A DNA stretch of 32,000 nt from Prochlorococcus sp. MIT 0801 (GTDB lineage Bacteria; Cyanobacteriota; Cyanobacteriia; PCC-6307; Cyanobiaceae): positions 840,001 through 872,000 of the forward strand of contig NZ_CP007754.1 of assembly GCF_000757865.1 (NCBI RefSeq), read 5' to 3'. The notes beneath the pieces are model-generated. The model did not search any database. It was not told the DNA's origin and saw only the letters and a list, made by a program, of their open reading frames with translations. Each line of letters begins with the position of its first letter. Position 1 is the stretch's first letter. The position numbers and the translations under genes were made by a program. Positions 20,153 to 29,441 of this stretch are shown here, in pieces.

Positions 20153-20181
20153 GTACTATGCAGTATAGTACATTTGAACTA
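20153..20181 (-). promoter_or_regulatory. Two overlapping LexA-box-like palindromes over a TATACT -10 element, upstream of umuD
   Basis: GTACTAT-gcagt-ATAGTAC (20153-20171; 7-nt perfect arms). TAGTACATTTGAACTA (20166-20181) matches the published cyanobacterial LexA box RGTACNNNDGTWCB at 13 of 14 positions on either strand. The minus-strand TATACT is at 20162-20167. The site lies 13-41 nt upstream of the umuD ATG. Confidence 0.5.
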
Positions 20182-20201
20182 CCTTTGTCCTTCGGATCTG
20201 T

Positions 20202-20639
20202 TTATCCCTTGTGGTAAGGGCCTCCTTGGGTAATGTTTTTTGCCCGGTAGAGTTGTTCTATTAGTAAAAGGCGGGCAATTTCATGCGGAAAAGTTAATGG
20301 TGAAAGACTTAATTGCCAAGAGGCGGAATTATTGATGGAAGGGGAAAGGCCCGAAGCACCTCCAATAACAAAAAAAATTTTTTGATTGTAAGAATTAAGA
20401 AGTTTTGTCGCTAGCTGTGTTGATGTAAAAGATTGACCATTTTCATTAAGAGTTACGAGAGTTTCATTTTTGCCAATGATTTCTTTAATTGTATGTTCTT
20501 CTTTTCTTTTGTTCTTCTCCTTTATTTCTACAATTTCTAAACCAGGTAATCTTTTTCGGTACATTTCTATACCTTCTTGAATCCATAATTTTTTTATTTT
20601 TCCTACAGCAATGATTTTATAGTGTGAAATATTAATCAT
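20202..20639 (-). CDS. rlmH: 23S rRNA (pseudouridine1915-N3)-methyltransferase (SPOUT, RlmH)
   Basis: YKIIAVGKIKKLWIQEGIEMYRKRL at the N-terminus and C-terminal FVIGGASGL...LSLSPLTFPHEIARLLLIEQLYRA. The ATG at 20639 is preferred (family-typical N-terminus); the alternative is 20663. Confidence 0.85.
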   Translation of the reverse strand: MINISHYKIIAVGKIKKLWIQEGIEMYRKRLPGLEIVEIKEKNKRKEEHTIKEIIGKNETLVTLNENGQSFTSTQLATKLLNSYNQKIFFVIGGASGLSPSINNSASWQLSLSPLTFPHEIARLLLIEQLYRAKNITQGGPYHKG

Positions 20640-20649
20640 AAAGATATTT

Positions 20650-21015
20650 CTAATCGATATCATCTTCGAGTAAAAATTGTTGAAATTGTGTATATAGGTT
20701 TAGGGCATCTTCAGCTAAAAGATCTTCAGAATTTTCATAAGTCTGTGGATCTGAATTGGAAGAAATTTTAACATTATTTGATTCAAGTTTTTTTAGTCTT
20801 TCTAATAAATGAGGTGGTACGTTTCCATCTGGAGTTATTTCCATCAACTCTCGAAAAAGTTGTTCAGGGTTGGTTTCGGTCTCAACAGGGTGTAATTTTT
20901 TATTTTTTGTTTCTTTGAGATTTTTTAATTCATTTGATTGAGGTTTTGATATCTCTTTTGGAAGTTTTCGTCCTAGCTCTTTTAGGCGCTCAAGGCTATG
21001 GCTATCAAAAGTCAT
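20650..21015 (-). CDS. Hypothetical acidic protein (121 aa)
   Basis: Trimmed from the 188-aa ORF to the internal ATG at 21015 (MTFDSHSLERLKELGRKLP...), because the longer form overlaps the rsmA/ksgA start on the opposite strand. No motif recognised. Confidence 0.45.
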   Translation of the reverse strand: MTFDSHSLERLKELGRKLPKEISKPQSNELKNLKETKNKKLHPVETETNPEQLFRELMEITPDGNVPPHLLERLKKLESNNVKISSNSDPQTYENSEDLLAEDALNLYTQFQQFLLEDDID

Positions 21016-21120
21016 TTTGAAAAATGTATATTGATTGAAGATCTTCTGGTGAGTATATTTTAAATAATTTATTTTTATTTGAGTGAAATATGTGATCGTT
21101 TCTAATGTGGTTTGTAGTTT

Positions 21121-21990
21121 ATGCGTATGGGAAATAACATTTTGAATGATTTTAGACACATCCCAAGAAAACGCTTTGGACAACATTGGTTGAAAGATCA
21201 GGGTGTTTTGGATCAAATAGTCAAGGCGGCCGAATTGAACCCTGAAGATTGCGTATTAGAAGTTGGTCCAGGTAAAGGTGCTTTAACTGAAAAATTAATT
21301 GAATCCAAAGCAAGATTCATCCAAGCAATTGAGCTAGATAGAGATTTAGTCGTTGGTTTAAAAAAACGATTTAGTCATCAAGATAAATTTAGTTTGAGAG
21401 AGGGAGATGTTTTGTCTGTCCCACTGGAAACTGAGAATGGACTCATTATCAACAAAGTTGTAGCTAATATTCCTTACAACATCACTGGTCCAATATTAAA
21501 AAGATTTATTGGTGAATTAAGAAAAGCACCTGACAATACTTTTGAAACTTTAGTTTTACTTATGCAAAAAGAAGTTGCACAAAGACTTTTGGCTAGACCT
21601 GGGACCAGTAATTTTAGTGCTTTAAGTGTACGGATCCAGCTCTTAGCTAAATGTCAGGACGTATGTGATGTTCCTTCTAAATGTTTTCAACCAGCACCTA
21701 AGGTGGATTCCAAAGTAGTCATGATTAAGCCCTTTGTATCTATTGAGCCAGATTTTTATGAGATAGGCAATTTATTAGAGAAACTTTTGAAACATGCTTT
21801 TGCTGGTAGAAGAAAAAAATTACGAAACACGATTGGAAGTTTTGTTACTTCCAGCGATCAAATAAAGGATTTTCTTGCCTATAGAGGTATTAGTCTTGAT
21901 CAAAGACCACAGGAAATTTCACCTTCCAACTGGTTCGCCTTGGCAAAAACATTAAAAGAAACTTGTGTTATTGAAAATGGTCCCTTCTAA
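21121..21990 (+). CDS. rsmA: 16S rRNA (adenine1518/1519-N6)-dimethyltransferase
   Basis: PRKRFGQHWL, SAM-binding VLEVGPGKGALT, NIPYNITGPIL and F.P.PKVDS. The start could be the ATG at 21121 or at 21127. Confidence 0.9.
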   Translation: MRMGNNILNDFRHIPRKRFGQHWLKDQGVLDQIVKAAELNPEDCVLEVGPGKGALTEKLIESKARFIQAIELDRDLVVGLKKRFSHQDKFSLREGDVLSVPLETENGLIINKVVANIPYNITGPILKRFIGELRKAPDNTFETLVLLMQKEVAQRLLARPGTSNFSALSVRIQLLAKCQDVCDVPSKCFQPAPKVDSKVVMIKPFVSIEPDFYEIGNLLEKLLKHAFAGRRKKLRNTIGSFVTSSDQIKDFLAYRGISLDQRPQEISPSNWFALAKTLKETCVIENGPF

Positions 21991-22936
21991 ATCAAATGAA
22001 GATTTTCTTATTGCAGTAGCACATGCAAAAATTAATCTACATTTAGAGGTTTTAGGTATTAGGAGCGATGGCTTTCATGAATTAGCAATGGTTATGCAAA
22101 GTATTAATTTAAGTGATCGAGTGAAAATGATAAAAAGAGCAGATAATAATATTAACCTTAAATCTAATAATAATGAGATTAGTAATGGTGATGACAATCT
22201 AATAATAAAAGCTGCAAGGCTGTTGAGAAATAAAGTAGGAAATAATCACTTAGGCGTTGATATTGAACTTGAAAAAAACATCCCTATTGGAGCAGGGTTG
22301 GCAGGTGGATCTACAGACGCAGCCGCAACATTGCTTGGATTAAATAAACTATGGAAGTTAAATCTTAAGACTCAGGAATTAGAACACTTATCAGAAGAAA
22401 TAGGATCAGATATCCCATTTTGCATATCAGGAGGAAGGCAGATATGTTTTGGTAGAGGTGAGATTTTAGAAAAATTACAACTCGATCAGATTCAGTTGGG
22501 TCTTATTTTGGTTAAAGACCCTTCAATACAAGTCTCTACTCCAGTTGCATATAAAACATATAAAGAACATTACGGTGATAGCTATCTTGAAGATGATAGG
22601 GATTTTGAAATCAAGAGAAACTTCATCAGATCTAATGACTGGTCTGATCAGTCGATTTTCGATAATCGTAAAGAAATACAAAATGATTTACAAAAAAGCG
22701 TTCGCCCTATGACACCAGGGGTTGAAAAGTCATTGAATTTATTGTCTCGGTTACCTTGTTCCCGACTCGTTTCAATGAGTGGTTCTGGTCCAAGTTGTTT
22801 TGCCTTGTTTCAAAATTATGACCAAGCAAATAGAGTATTAAAAGAACATGTTAATGAATTTGAAAGGGCTGGTTTATCAGCTTGGGCATGTTCAATGATG
22901 TCTAATGGAGTTGAATTAAGAAATGAATTCACCTAG
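21977..22936 (+). CDS. ispE: 4-diphosphocytidyl-2-C-methyl-D-erythritol kinase (MEP pathway)
   Basis: AHAKINLHLEVLG.R.DGFHEL and GHMP-kinase motif IPIGAGLAGGSTDAAATL. ATG at 21977 is preferred; GTG 21965 and TTG 21971 are possible. Overlaps the rsmA 3' end. Confidence 0.9.
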   Translation: MVPSKSNEDFLIAVAHAKINLHLEVLGIRSDGFHELAMVMQSINLSDRVKMIKRADNNINLKSNNNEISNGDDNLIIKAARLLRNKVGNNHLGVDIELEKNIPIGAGLAGGSTDAAATLLGLNKLWKLNLKTQELEHLSEEIGSDIPFCISGGRQICFGRGEILEKLQLDQIQLGLILVKDPSIQVSTPVAYKTYKEHYGDSYLEDDRDFEIKRNFIRSNDWSDQSIFDNRKEIQNDLQKSVRPMTPGVEKSLNLLSRLPCSRLVSMSGSGPSCFALFQNYDQANRVLKEHVNEFERAGLSAWACSMMSNGVELRNEFT

Positions 22937-23285
22937 TAATGGGTTTAAAAATGAATCTGATGAATTAGCTAATCCTTCATCAAGTCCTTTAGATACCTCT
23001 AGTCCTCAACCAAAGAAAGGCCCCTTAAGCTTTCTTTCAGGTTCCATTACAAGCTTGTCTTTTAGCCTCTTAAGCCTTTTTATTAGTAAAAAGATAGTTA
23101 TATATTTTTCTATTCATTCTCCTAATTATTCTTCACCGTTTGCCCAGAGTATTGCCTCTGGTTTTAAAACACTAATTATTGGGATTAGCTTTCTTGCAAC
23201 TTTTACTTTTGGTTTTATTGGACTGGGTTTGTTTTTAGTATTTATTCGAAGTTTGATAGAAGGCAATAAGGAAAAAAATGACTAG
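22923..23285 (+). CDS. Conserved cyanobacterial membrane protein (DUF3082-like)
   Basis: GPLSFLSGSITS...two TM segments...FKTLIIGISFLATFTFGFIGLGLFLV. Family assignment is from memory. The ATG overlaps the ispE 3' end by 14 nt. Confidence 0.55.
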   Translation: MNSPSNGFKNESDELANPSSSPLDTSSPQPKKGPLSFLSGSITSLSFSLLSLFISKKIVIYFSIHSPNYSSPFAQSIASGFKTLIIGISFLATFTFGFIGLGLFLVFIRSLIEGNKEKND

Positions 23286-23320
23286 TATTTAAATATTAAA
23301 TTGTCATATTTTATCTTTCT

Positions 23321-23416
23321 ATGACTCTTCATGATTTGGGGCTTTTGGTTTTATTACTCTCTCCTGGGATGTTGCTTTCCATATTGCTGTTATCGACTTT
23401 TGCGGCAGGTGGGTAA
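23321..23416 (+). CDS. Candidate unannotated 31-aa hydrophobic peptide (MTLHDLGLLVLLLSPGMLLSILLLSTFAAGG)
   Basis: ATG...TAA ORF translated by hand in the DUF3082-pdhB intergenic region. Single TM-like segment. Uses GC-rich codons unusual for this genome. It could instead be non-coding. Confidence 0.25.
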   Translation: MTLHDLGLLVLLLSPGMLLSILLLSTFAAGG

Positions 23417-23478
23417 TTAGGCACTGTTTGAGATAGTTTGGAATAACAAACCGGTAATCCGGACGATCTGTTAAAGCT

Positions 23479-24468
23479 GTGAAAGGGACTCTTTTATTTA
23501 ATGCTCTTCGAGAAGCAATTGATGAAGAAATGGGTAGAGATCCCCTGGTATGCGTTATGGGTGAGGACGTTGGACAATATGGCGGGTCTTATAAAGTTAC
23601 GAAAGATTTATACGAAAAATATGGAGAGTTCAGAGTCTTAGATACACCTATTGCTGAAAATAGTTTTACTGGTATGGCTGTTGGTGCAGCTATGACAGGT
23701 TTAAGACCAATTGTGGAAGGGATGAATATGGGTTTTTTGTTGCTTGCTTTTAATCAAATATCCAACAATATGGGAATGCTTAGATACACGAGCGGCGGAA
23801 ATTTCACTATTCCAACAGTTGTTAGAGGCCCTGGTGGGGTTGGAAGGCAATTAGGCGCTGAACACAGTCAAAGACTTGAAGCTTATTTTCATGCTGTTCC
23901 TGGTATCAAAATTGTCGCTTGTAGTACTCCTACAAATGCTAAAGGTCTAATGAAAGCTGCTATAAGAGACAATAACCCTGTTCTTTTCTTTGAACATGTG
24001 CTTCTGTATAACCTTATAGAAGAGCTGCCTGAGGGTGATTATGTCTGTGCCCTAGATCAAGCCGATCTTGTAAAGCAGGGAAGCGATATTACTATTTTGA
24101 CTTACTCGAGAATGCGTCACCACTGTTTAAAAGCAGTCGAGCTTCTTAATGGTAAAGGAATTGATGTTGAATTAATTGATTTAATCAGTCTTAAGCCTTT
24201 TGATATGAATACAATCTCTAAATCAATAAAGAAAACTCATAGAGTAATTATTGTTGAGGAATGTATGAAAACAGGTGGTATCGCAGCTGAATTGATGTCT
24301 TTGATTACTGAAAATTGCTTCAATGATTTAGATTCTCCTCCTGTACGTTTAAGCAGTCAGGATATTCCGACTCCTTATAATGGAAACTTAGAAAATTTAA
24401 CCATTATTCAACCTCATCAGATAGTAGACGCTGCCGAAAAGATTATTAATAATGGTGGATTAGATTAA
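23479..24468 (+). CDS. pdhB: Pyruvate dehydrogenase E1 component beta subunit
   Basis: [14 protein letters not shown]...VMGEDVG.YGG.YKVTK...RVLDTPIAE and the transketolase C-terminal domain. GTG start. Confidence 0.92.
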   Translation: MKGTLLFNALREAIDEEMGRDPLVCVMGEDVGQYGGSYKVTKDLYEKYGEFRVLDTPIAENSFTGMAVGAAMTGLRPIVEGMNMGFLLLAFNQISNNMGMLRYTSGGNFTIPTVVRGPGGVGRQLGAEHSQRLEAYFHAVPGIKIVACSTPTNAKGLMKAAIRDNNPVLFFEHVLLYNLIEELPEGDYVCALDQADLVKQGSDITILTYSRMRHHCLKAVELLNGKGIDVELIDLISLKPFDMNTISKSIKKTHRVIIVEECMKTGGIAAELMSLITENCFNDLDSPPVRLSSQDIPTPYNGNLENLTIIQPHQIVDAAEKIINNGGLD

Positions 24469-24470
24469 TA

Positions 24471-25961
24471 ATGGGCAAAAAGAATTACTGGTTTCTTTTC
24501 GTTATCATTTTTGCAATATTTAGTATTTTTATATGTACTAATATTCCTTTCCAATTAGGTTTGGATCTACGAGGAGGTAGTCAACTAACTCTAGAGGTTC
24601 AGCCTACTAGGGAAATTACAAAAATTACTCCTAGCGAAATAGAAGGAGTTAAGGCTGTTCTTGATAAGCGGGTAAACGGCTTAGGAGTTTCAGATTCTCA
24701 ACTTCAAACTGTAGGAACAAATCAATTGTTATTAGAACTGCCCGGGGAACAAGATCCTTCAGGGGCAGCGAAAGTATTAGGAGAAACTGCTCTATTGGAA
24801 TTCAGAATACAAAAAAATGGTACAGCTGCTCAATTAAGAGATTTACAAACTCAACGAAATAGTGTTGAGTCTATAATTAACCTATTGGAAGAGAATAATA
24901 ATTCATCTCAGTTATTAAAGGAGATCAATATTAACAATGATATTAATCAGTTATTCGAAAAATATAATATTCAATCTGACCAAATATTAGATTTAGTTGA
25001 ATTTAATATTTTAAGGAATAAAATAAGTACTGAAATAGCAGGTCTTTTTGAACCAACATCATTAACCGGTCAGTATTTGATAAATGCAGGCAGACGACAA
25101 GATCAAAATACTAATAATTGGGAGGTCACTTTAAGCTTCAATAATGATGGCGGAGAATTATTTGCAGATCTCACAAAATCCATCGCTGGCACTTCTCGAT
25201 TGCTTGGAATTGTTATTGATGGGATCTCATATAGCGAAGCAAGTGTCGGTAAGCAATTTGAAACTGCAGGTATTACTGGAGGGGCCGCAACTATAAGCGG
25301 TAATTTTACTGCTGATGATGCTAGGAATTTAGAAGTTCAATTAAGGGGAGGTGCATTACCTCTACCTATTGAGATAATTCAAATAAGAACAATAGGCCCT
25401 TCTCTAGGTACACAAAATATTCGTCTAAGTCTTTTTGCTGCTCTAACAGGCCTGTTTTTTGTAGCTATTTTTATGATCTTTATCTATAAACTAGCTGGTT
25501 TTGTTGCCGTCTTGGCATTATCTTGTTATTCGCTATTCACTCTCTCTATTTATGCACTACTCCCAGTAACTCTTACTCTTCCAGGTATAGCTGGATTTAT
25601 ATTAAGTATAGGAATGGCCGTTGACGCCAATGTTCTTATTTTTGAAAGATTAAAGGAAGAACTACTCAACGGAAATACTTTGATTCGGTCAATAGATGCA
25701 AGTTTTAAAAATGCCTTTTCATCAATAATTGATGGTCATTTAACTACTTTAATAAGCTGCATTACGTTATTTTATTTAGGAACTGGATTTGTTAAAGGTT
25801 TTGCAGCCACCTTAGGTATTGGGGTTGTGTTGAGCTTATTTACTGCCTTAACATGTACAAAAGCAATATTGAAGTTCCTAATGAGTTTTCAAGGTCTTCG
25901 AAAAATCTCTAACTTTATTTATGCTAATCAGATACCACCAACATCTATCAACGTTCAATAG
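24471..25961 (+). CDS. secD: Protein translocase subunit SecD
   Basis: LGLDLRGGSQLTLEV, a large periplasmic loop, then a six-TM C-terminus with GIAGFILSIGMAVDANVLIFERLKEE. Confidence 0.9.
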   Translation: MGKKNYWFLFVIIFAIFSIFICTNIPFQLGLDLRGGSQLTLEVQPTREITKITPSEIEGVKAVLDKRVNGLGVSDSQLQTVGTNQLLLELPGEQDPSGAAKVLGETALLEFRIQKNGTAAQLRDLQTQRNSVESIINLLEENNNSSQLLKEININNDINQLFEKYNIQSDQILDLVEFNILRNKISTEIAGLFEPTSLTGQYLINAGRRQDQNTNNWEVTLSFNNDGGELFADLTKSIAGTSRLLGIVIDGISYSEASVGKQFETAGITGGAATISGNFTADDARNLEVQLRGGALPLPIEIIQIRTIGPSLGTQNIRLSLFAALTGLFFVAIFMIFIYKLAGFVAVLALSCYSLFTLSIYALLPVTLTLPGIAGFILSIGMAVDANVLIFERLKEELLNGNTLIRSIDASFKNAFSSIIDGHLTTLISCITLFYLGTGFVKGFAATLGIGVVLSLFTALTCTKAILKFLMSFQGLRKISNFIYANQIPPTSINVQ

Positions 25962-25987
25962 CAACACTAATTCAAATTTATTAAATT

Positions 25988-26953
25988 ATGAAAGCTAATT
26001 TAAAAGTTCAAATCTATAAAAATAGAAAATATGTTTGGTTTGTTTCATTCTCCTTATGTTTGATTTCAATAATTGGTATGCTAATTTGCCTTAAAAGTTC
26101 TTCTATTAAGGCTCCTTTAAACCTTGGTTTAGACTATACGGGAGGAACTCAAATAATCTTAGAGAGGAGTTGTACTGATGATTGTATTAGCATAAATACA
26201 AGTGAAATTTCTAATAATATAGTCGCTTTAAAAAAAGAGGATAAAAGTTTCAGTTTAAATACATCTCCTAACTTATCCAGATCACAAATTCAATTGCTTG
26301 ATAATTCACAATTAATATCAATTAGGCTTCCATTTTTGTCTGCAGATCAATCTGAGTCTGTAGTGGCAGAGGTTAATAAACATTTTGGCCCATTTAAAAA
26401 TGAAAATACTTCAGTTGAAATTATTGGTCCAAGTCTTGGTAAGCGATTACTTAAAAGCAGTTTAATTTCTTTATTCTTTGCTTTTCTTGGAATAGCTTTA
26501 TATATTAATTTTAGATATGATCGAAGATACTCATTCTTAGCATTATTTGCTCTTTTGCATGACATACTTATTGTTTGTGGTGTATTTGCTTGGCTGGGAT
26601 ATTTTTTTAATGTAGAGGTCGACTCCTTATTTGCTGTTTCTCTTTTAACCATTGCAGGGTATTCAGTAAACAATACTGTTGTTGTTTTTGATAGGATCAG
26701 AGAGAAAAGTTCAATGGAGAATCAATTAAGTTTTAAATATCAGATTGATAAAGCCGTTGGCGCAACATTAACAAGGACTCTATATACAAGTCTTACAACA
26801 CTTCTTCCATTAATATGTATATTGATTTTTGGAGGATCAACATTGTATTGGTTTGCATTTTCTTTGTTAATCGGCGTTATAATTGGATCTTGGTCGAGTA
26901 TAGCTTTAGCCCCTTCAATGTTATCAATAACAAGTAATAAAAACCTTGATTGA
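25988..26953 (+). CDS. secF: Protein translocase subunit SecF
   Basis: LGLDYTGGTQI, IGPSLG, LLHDILIVCGVFA and GYSVNNTVVVFDRIRE. Sits immediately downstream of secD. Confidence 0.9.
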   Translation: MKANLKVQIYKNRKYVWFVSFSLCLISIIGMLICLKSSSIKAPLNLGLDYTGGTQIILERSCTDDCISINTSEISNNIVALKKEDKSFSLNTSPNLSRSQIQLLDNSQLISIRLPFLSADQSESVVAEVNKHFGPFKNENTSVEIIGPSLGKRLLKSSLISLFFAFLGIALYINFRYDRRYSFLALFALLHDILIVCGVFAWLGYFFNVEVDSLFAVSLLTIAGYSVNNTVVVFDRIREKSSMENQLSFKYQIDKAVGATLTRTLYTSLTTLLPLICILIFGGSTLYWFAFSLLIGVIIGSWSSIALAPSMLSITSNKNLD

Positions 26954-26959
26954 TTAAAT

Positions 26960-27175
26960 ATGTGCTTGATTTCTATTGGTAGATTTTTTAATTATTTTAA
27001 ATACAATTGGCTACAAATCTTTTTAATTATACTTTCAATGTATGATTTAAGAATTGACCTTAGGATTCTAATTGATGTTTTTACTTTTTCGTCTCTTTTT
27101 TATACTATCTCTGAACACCCGTTGGCAATTATGATACTAATCACAAGCCCCTATCTTTTAAAAAAAAATAAATAA
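26960..27175 (+). CDS. Doubtful hypothetical ORF (71 aa, hydrophobic)
   Basis: Only an ATG ORF in very AT-rich DNA. No motif recognised. Confidence 0.2.
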   Translation: MCLISIGRFFNYFKYNWLQIFLIILSMYDLRIDLRILIDVFTFSSLFYTISEHPLAIMILITSPYLLKKNK

Positions 27176-27259
27176 GTCTGATAATAGAATTAATCATATG
27201 ATTATATATTTAGTAACTGTTAATTTCCCCTATCTCTTTTGAAAAATTAAATAGAAGTT

Positions 27260-27457
27260 TTATTTTTTTGCTTTTCTTGATGATTTGGGTTCAATTACCA
27301 CTAATAGCTCCTCCATTTGAGTCATCAATTTTTTAACTTCTGTTGGCTCTGGGAGGGCTAACTCCTCTGTTACTCCTAAATGCATTTTTCTAAGCTCAGT
27401 TCGTAAGATCTTGAGAGATGCCTTTACTTCTTCCTTCTTTTCCTTTGCGGTTGCCAT
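27260..27457 (-). CDS. Hypothetical charged/coiled-coil-like small protein (65 aa)
   Basis: ATG ORF, K/E-rich, with composition less AT-extreme than its surroundings. No motif recognised. Confidence 0.4.
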   Translation of the reverse strand: MATAKEKKEEVKASLKILRTELRKMHLGVTEELALPEPTEVKKLMTQMEELLVVIEPKSSRKAKK

Positions 27458-27603
27458 CTTTGCTAAGTCTTATAATATCTTTCATTATACATGATGTTAT
27501 TATTTTACACTTTTTAGATTCCCAAATCAAATTACTAAGTATATAATTTGATTTAAGTGTAGTTCATTAAAAATGAACGTTTGAGTTTTAATCATATTCG
27601 ACC

Positions 27604-29253
27604 ATGCAGATTCCTCTATCTAATGTTATTAACTATAAGAAGATTAAAGTAGTAGTCATAAATTTTTTTTTAAAGAATAAAAGAATTATTTTACCTTTCT
27701 TTTTTGTTCTTTTTTTTATATCACTTTATTTCCTTATCGATTTTTCTACTCAAAGTCTTGTCGCTCATGATGAGGGACTTTACGCAAGAAGAGCAAGATT
27801 GATTGAATCCTCTGCTAATTGGTTTTCCCCCCCATTCACATCCCCTCACCATAAGACATTAGGCAGTTATTGGTTTATAGCATTATCTATAAGGTTGTTT
27901 GGAAATAGTGAACTAGCTCTAAGGCTTCCAAGTATTCTTTCTTCTTTTCTTTGCTTGATAACCTCGTATTTAATAGCATTAAAAATTACAAATAGTAAGT
28001 CTGCATTGATTTCTTTGTTCTCACTTTCATCAATGCCATTATGGATTCAATATTCAAGATATGCGAGTCCAGACTTGCCATTTGTGCTATGTATTTTATT
28101 AGTTATTTTATTTTTCCTTAAATCACTAGATTCTTCTGAATATAGAATTCATTATTTTTATTTATTCTGTTCGGGACTTTTTATTTCTACATCTTTCTTT
28201 ATTAGAAGTTATATGGCCTTTGTTCCTTTTATAGGACTATTACCTTTTATTTTTTATCATCTATATAGAAAAGAATTTACTTCTACACTTTTATTTTTTA
28301 CTGGAATAGCTCTAGGGGCTATACCCACATTTCTCAATCTTTATTTTTCTTTTCAAAAGTTTGGCATCTCTGGAATTACATCCCTTTTTCATTTTGCTAA
28401 GAAACAGGCTATTGGTGAATTTGCTTCTAACAATTTAATACTTTTACCTTTGAATTTTCTTTATTTAACATTTCCTATTGGACTATTACTTCTTATTCTT
28501 TTTGTATTTACTAAATCTAATCTTAAGGCCAGATATCCATTATTGATTTATTTTTATCCTCTTTCATCTTTAATCTTATTATTATTTATGTCTACATCAT
28601 ATCCTCATTATTATCTTTTTCTTCTACCTTCTTTATCCATAATCTTTGGTAACTACATAACATTTAATTCATCTAGATTCTCGTTCTCATACTCTACTAT
28701 AAGATATCTACTCTTTTTTATCCTTTTACTAATATCATCTATTCTATTATTTTCTATTCTTAAATATACAGACTTAGTTATTCTTTATTCAAAGGGTTCT
28801 CCTTTATTAGTTTATATTCTTATCTCATTGATATTGTTATCCTACCTTACTTCACTTAGATTTCTATTTGACATTGAATATCTAAATTCTAATCTAACTA
28901 ATTTCTTTTACAATATAATCATACCTCAATATATTTCTTTATCATTATTGTTTAATTTTGGTGTACTAGGTAATCCTAACTATAATACAAAACTTTTCTT
29001 GAAAGATACTGGTGTGTCAGAAATAATAAACTCTAATACCATTTACTTATTCAGCGTTGATAGTAAGGTTCAGACTTTACTTTCATATTATTTGCCATCC
29101 TCTAGGATTGTAGATGATTATGAAATAATTAGTAAATATAAATATGTAATTACTTCTAATGCTAATTTATTAGGAAAATTAAATCTTAACAAAATCTTTG
29201 TTACTGTTAAAAAATTTGACAATCACTTATTATTAATGAATATTGCTGAATAA
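27604..29253 (+). CDS. GT39/GT83-type (ArnT/PMT-like) integral-membrane glycosyltransferase
   Basis: The N-terminal motif HDEGLYARRA...W.....P....HHKTLGSYW..A....LFG.SE.ALRLPS is typical of dolichyl-phosphate-mannose/undecaprenyl-phosphate-sugar-dependent transferases. More than 10 TM segments, then a ~90-aa soluble tail. Confidence 0.72.
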   Translation: MQIPLSNVINYKKIKVVVINFFLKNKRIILPFFFVLFFISLYFLIDFSTQSLVAHDEGLYARRARLIESSANWFSPPFTSPHHKTLGSYWFIALSIRLFGNSELALRLPSILSSFLCLITSYLIALKITNSKSALISLFSLSSMPLWIQYSRYASPDLPFVLCILLVILFFLKSLDSSEYRIHYFYLFCSGLFISTSFFIRSYMAFVPFIGLLPFIFYHLYRKEFTSTLLFFTGIALGAIPTFLNLYFSFQKFGISGITSLFHFAKKQAIGEFASNNLILLPLNFLYLTFPIGLLLLILFVFTKSNLKARYPLLIYFYPLSSLILLLFMSTSYPHYYLFLLPSLSIIFGNYITFNSSRFSFSYSTIRYLLFFILLLISSILLFSILKYTDLVILYSKGSPLLVYILISLILLSYLTSLRFLFDIEYLNSNLTNFFYNIIIPQYISLSLLFNFGVLGNPNYNTKLFLKDTGVSEIINSNTIYLFSVDSKVQTLLSYYLPSSRIVDDYEIISKYKYVITSNANLLGKLNLNKIFVTVKKFDNHLLLMNIAE

Positions 29254-29286
29254 TTAATACTAATTCTTTTGATTCGACATATTAAA

Positions 29287-29430
29287 ATGAATAAGATACT
29301 TAAGTATGCCTACACAAACTTTTGGGTTCCTGTTATGGGTAGGTTTATTTCTAGATTTATTCCTTTACTTGAGGGAAAGCCTCCTAAGCATCAACCAACA
29401 TATGATATTGATGGTAAAAAATCTAAATGA
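29287..29430 (+). CDS. Candidate small ORF (47 aa; MNKILKYAYTNFWVPVMGRFISRFIPLLEGKPPKHQPTYDIDGKKSK)
   Basis: Translated by hand. Lies 33 nt after the glycosyltransferase stop. No motif recognised. Confidence 0.25.
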   Translation: MNKILKYAYTNFWVPVMGRFISRFIPLLEGKPPKHQPTYDIDGKKSK

Positions 29431-29441
29431 ATAGGTTGTGA

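Noticed and set aside
21016-21216. N-terminal 67 codons of the 188-aa ORF 20650-21216
   Set aside because: This part would overlap the rsmA/ksgA start region on the opposite strand and reads like translated AT-rich promoter DNA. The internal ATG at 21015 gives a compact, sensible gene.
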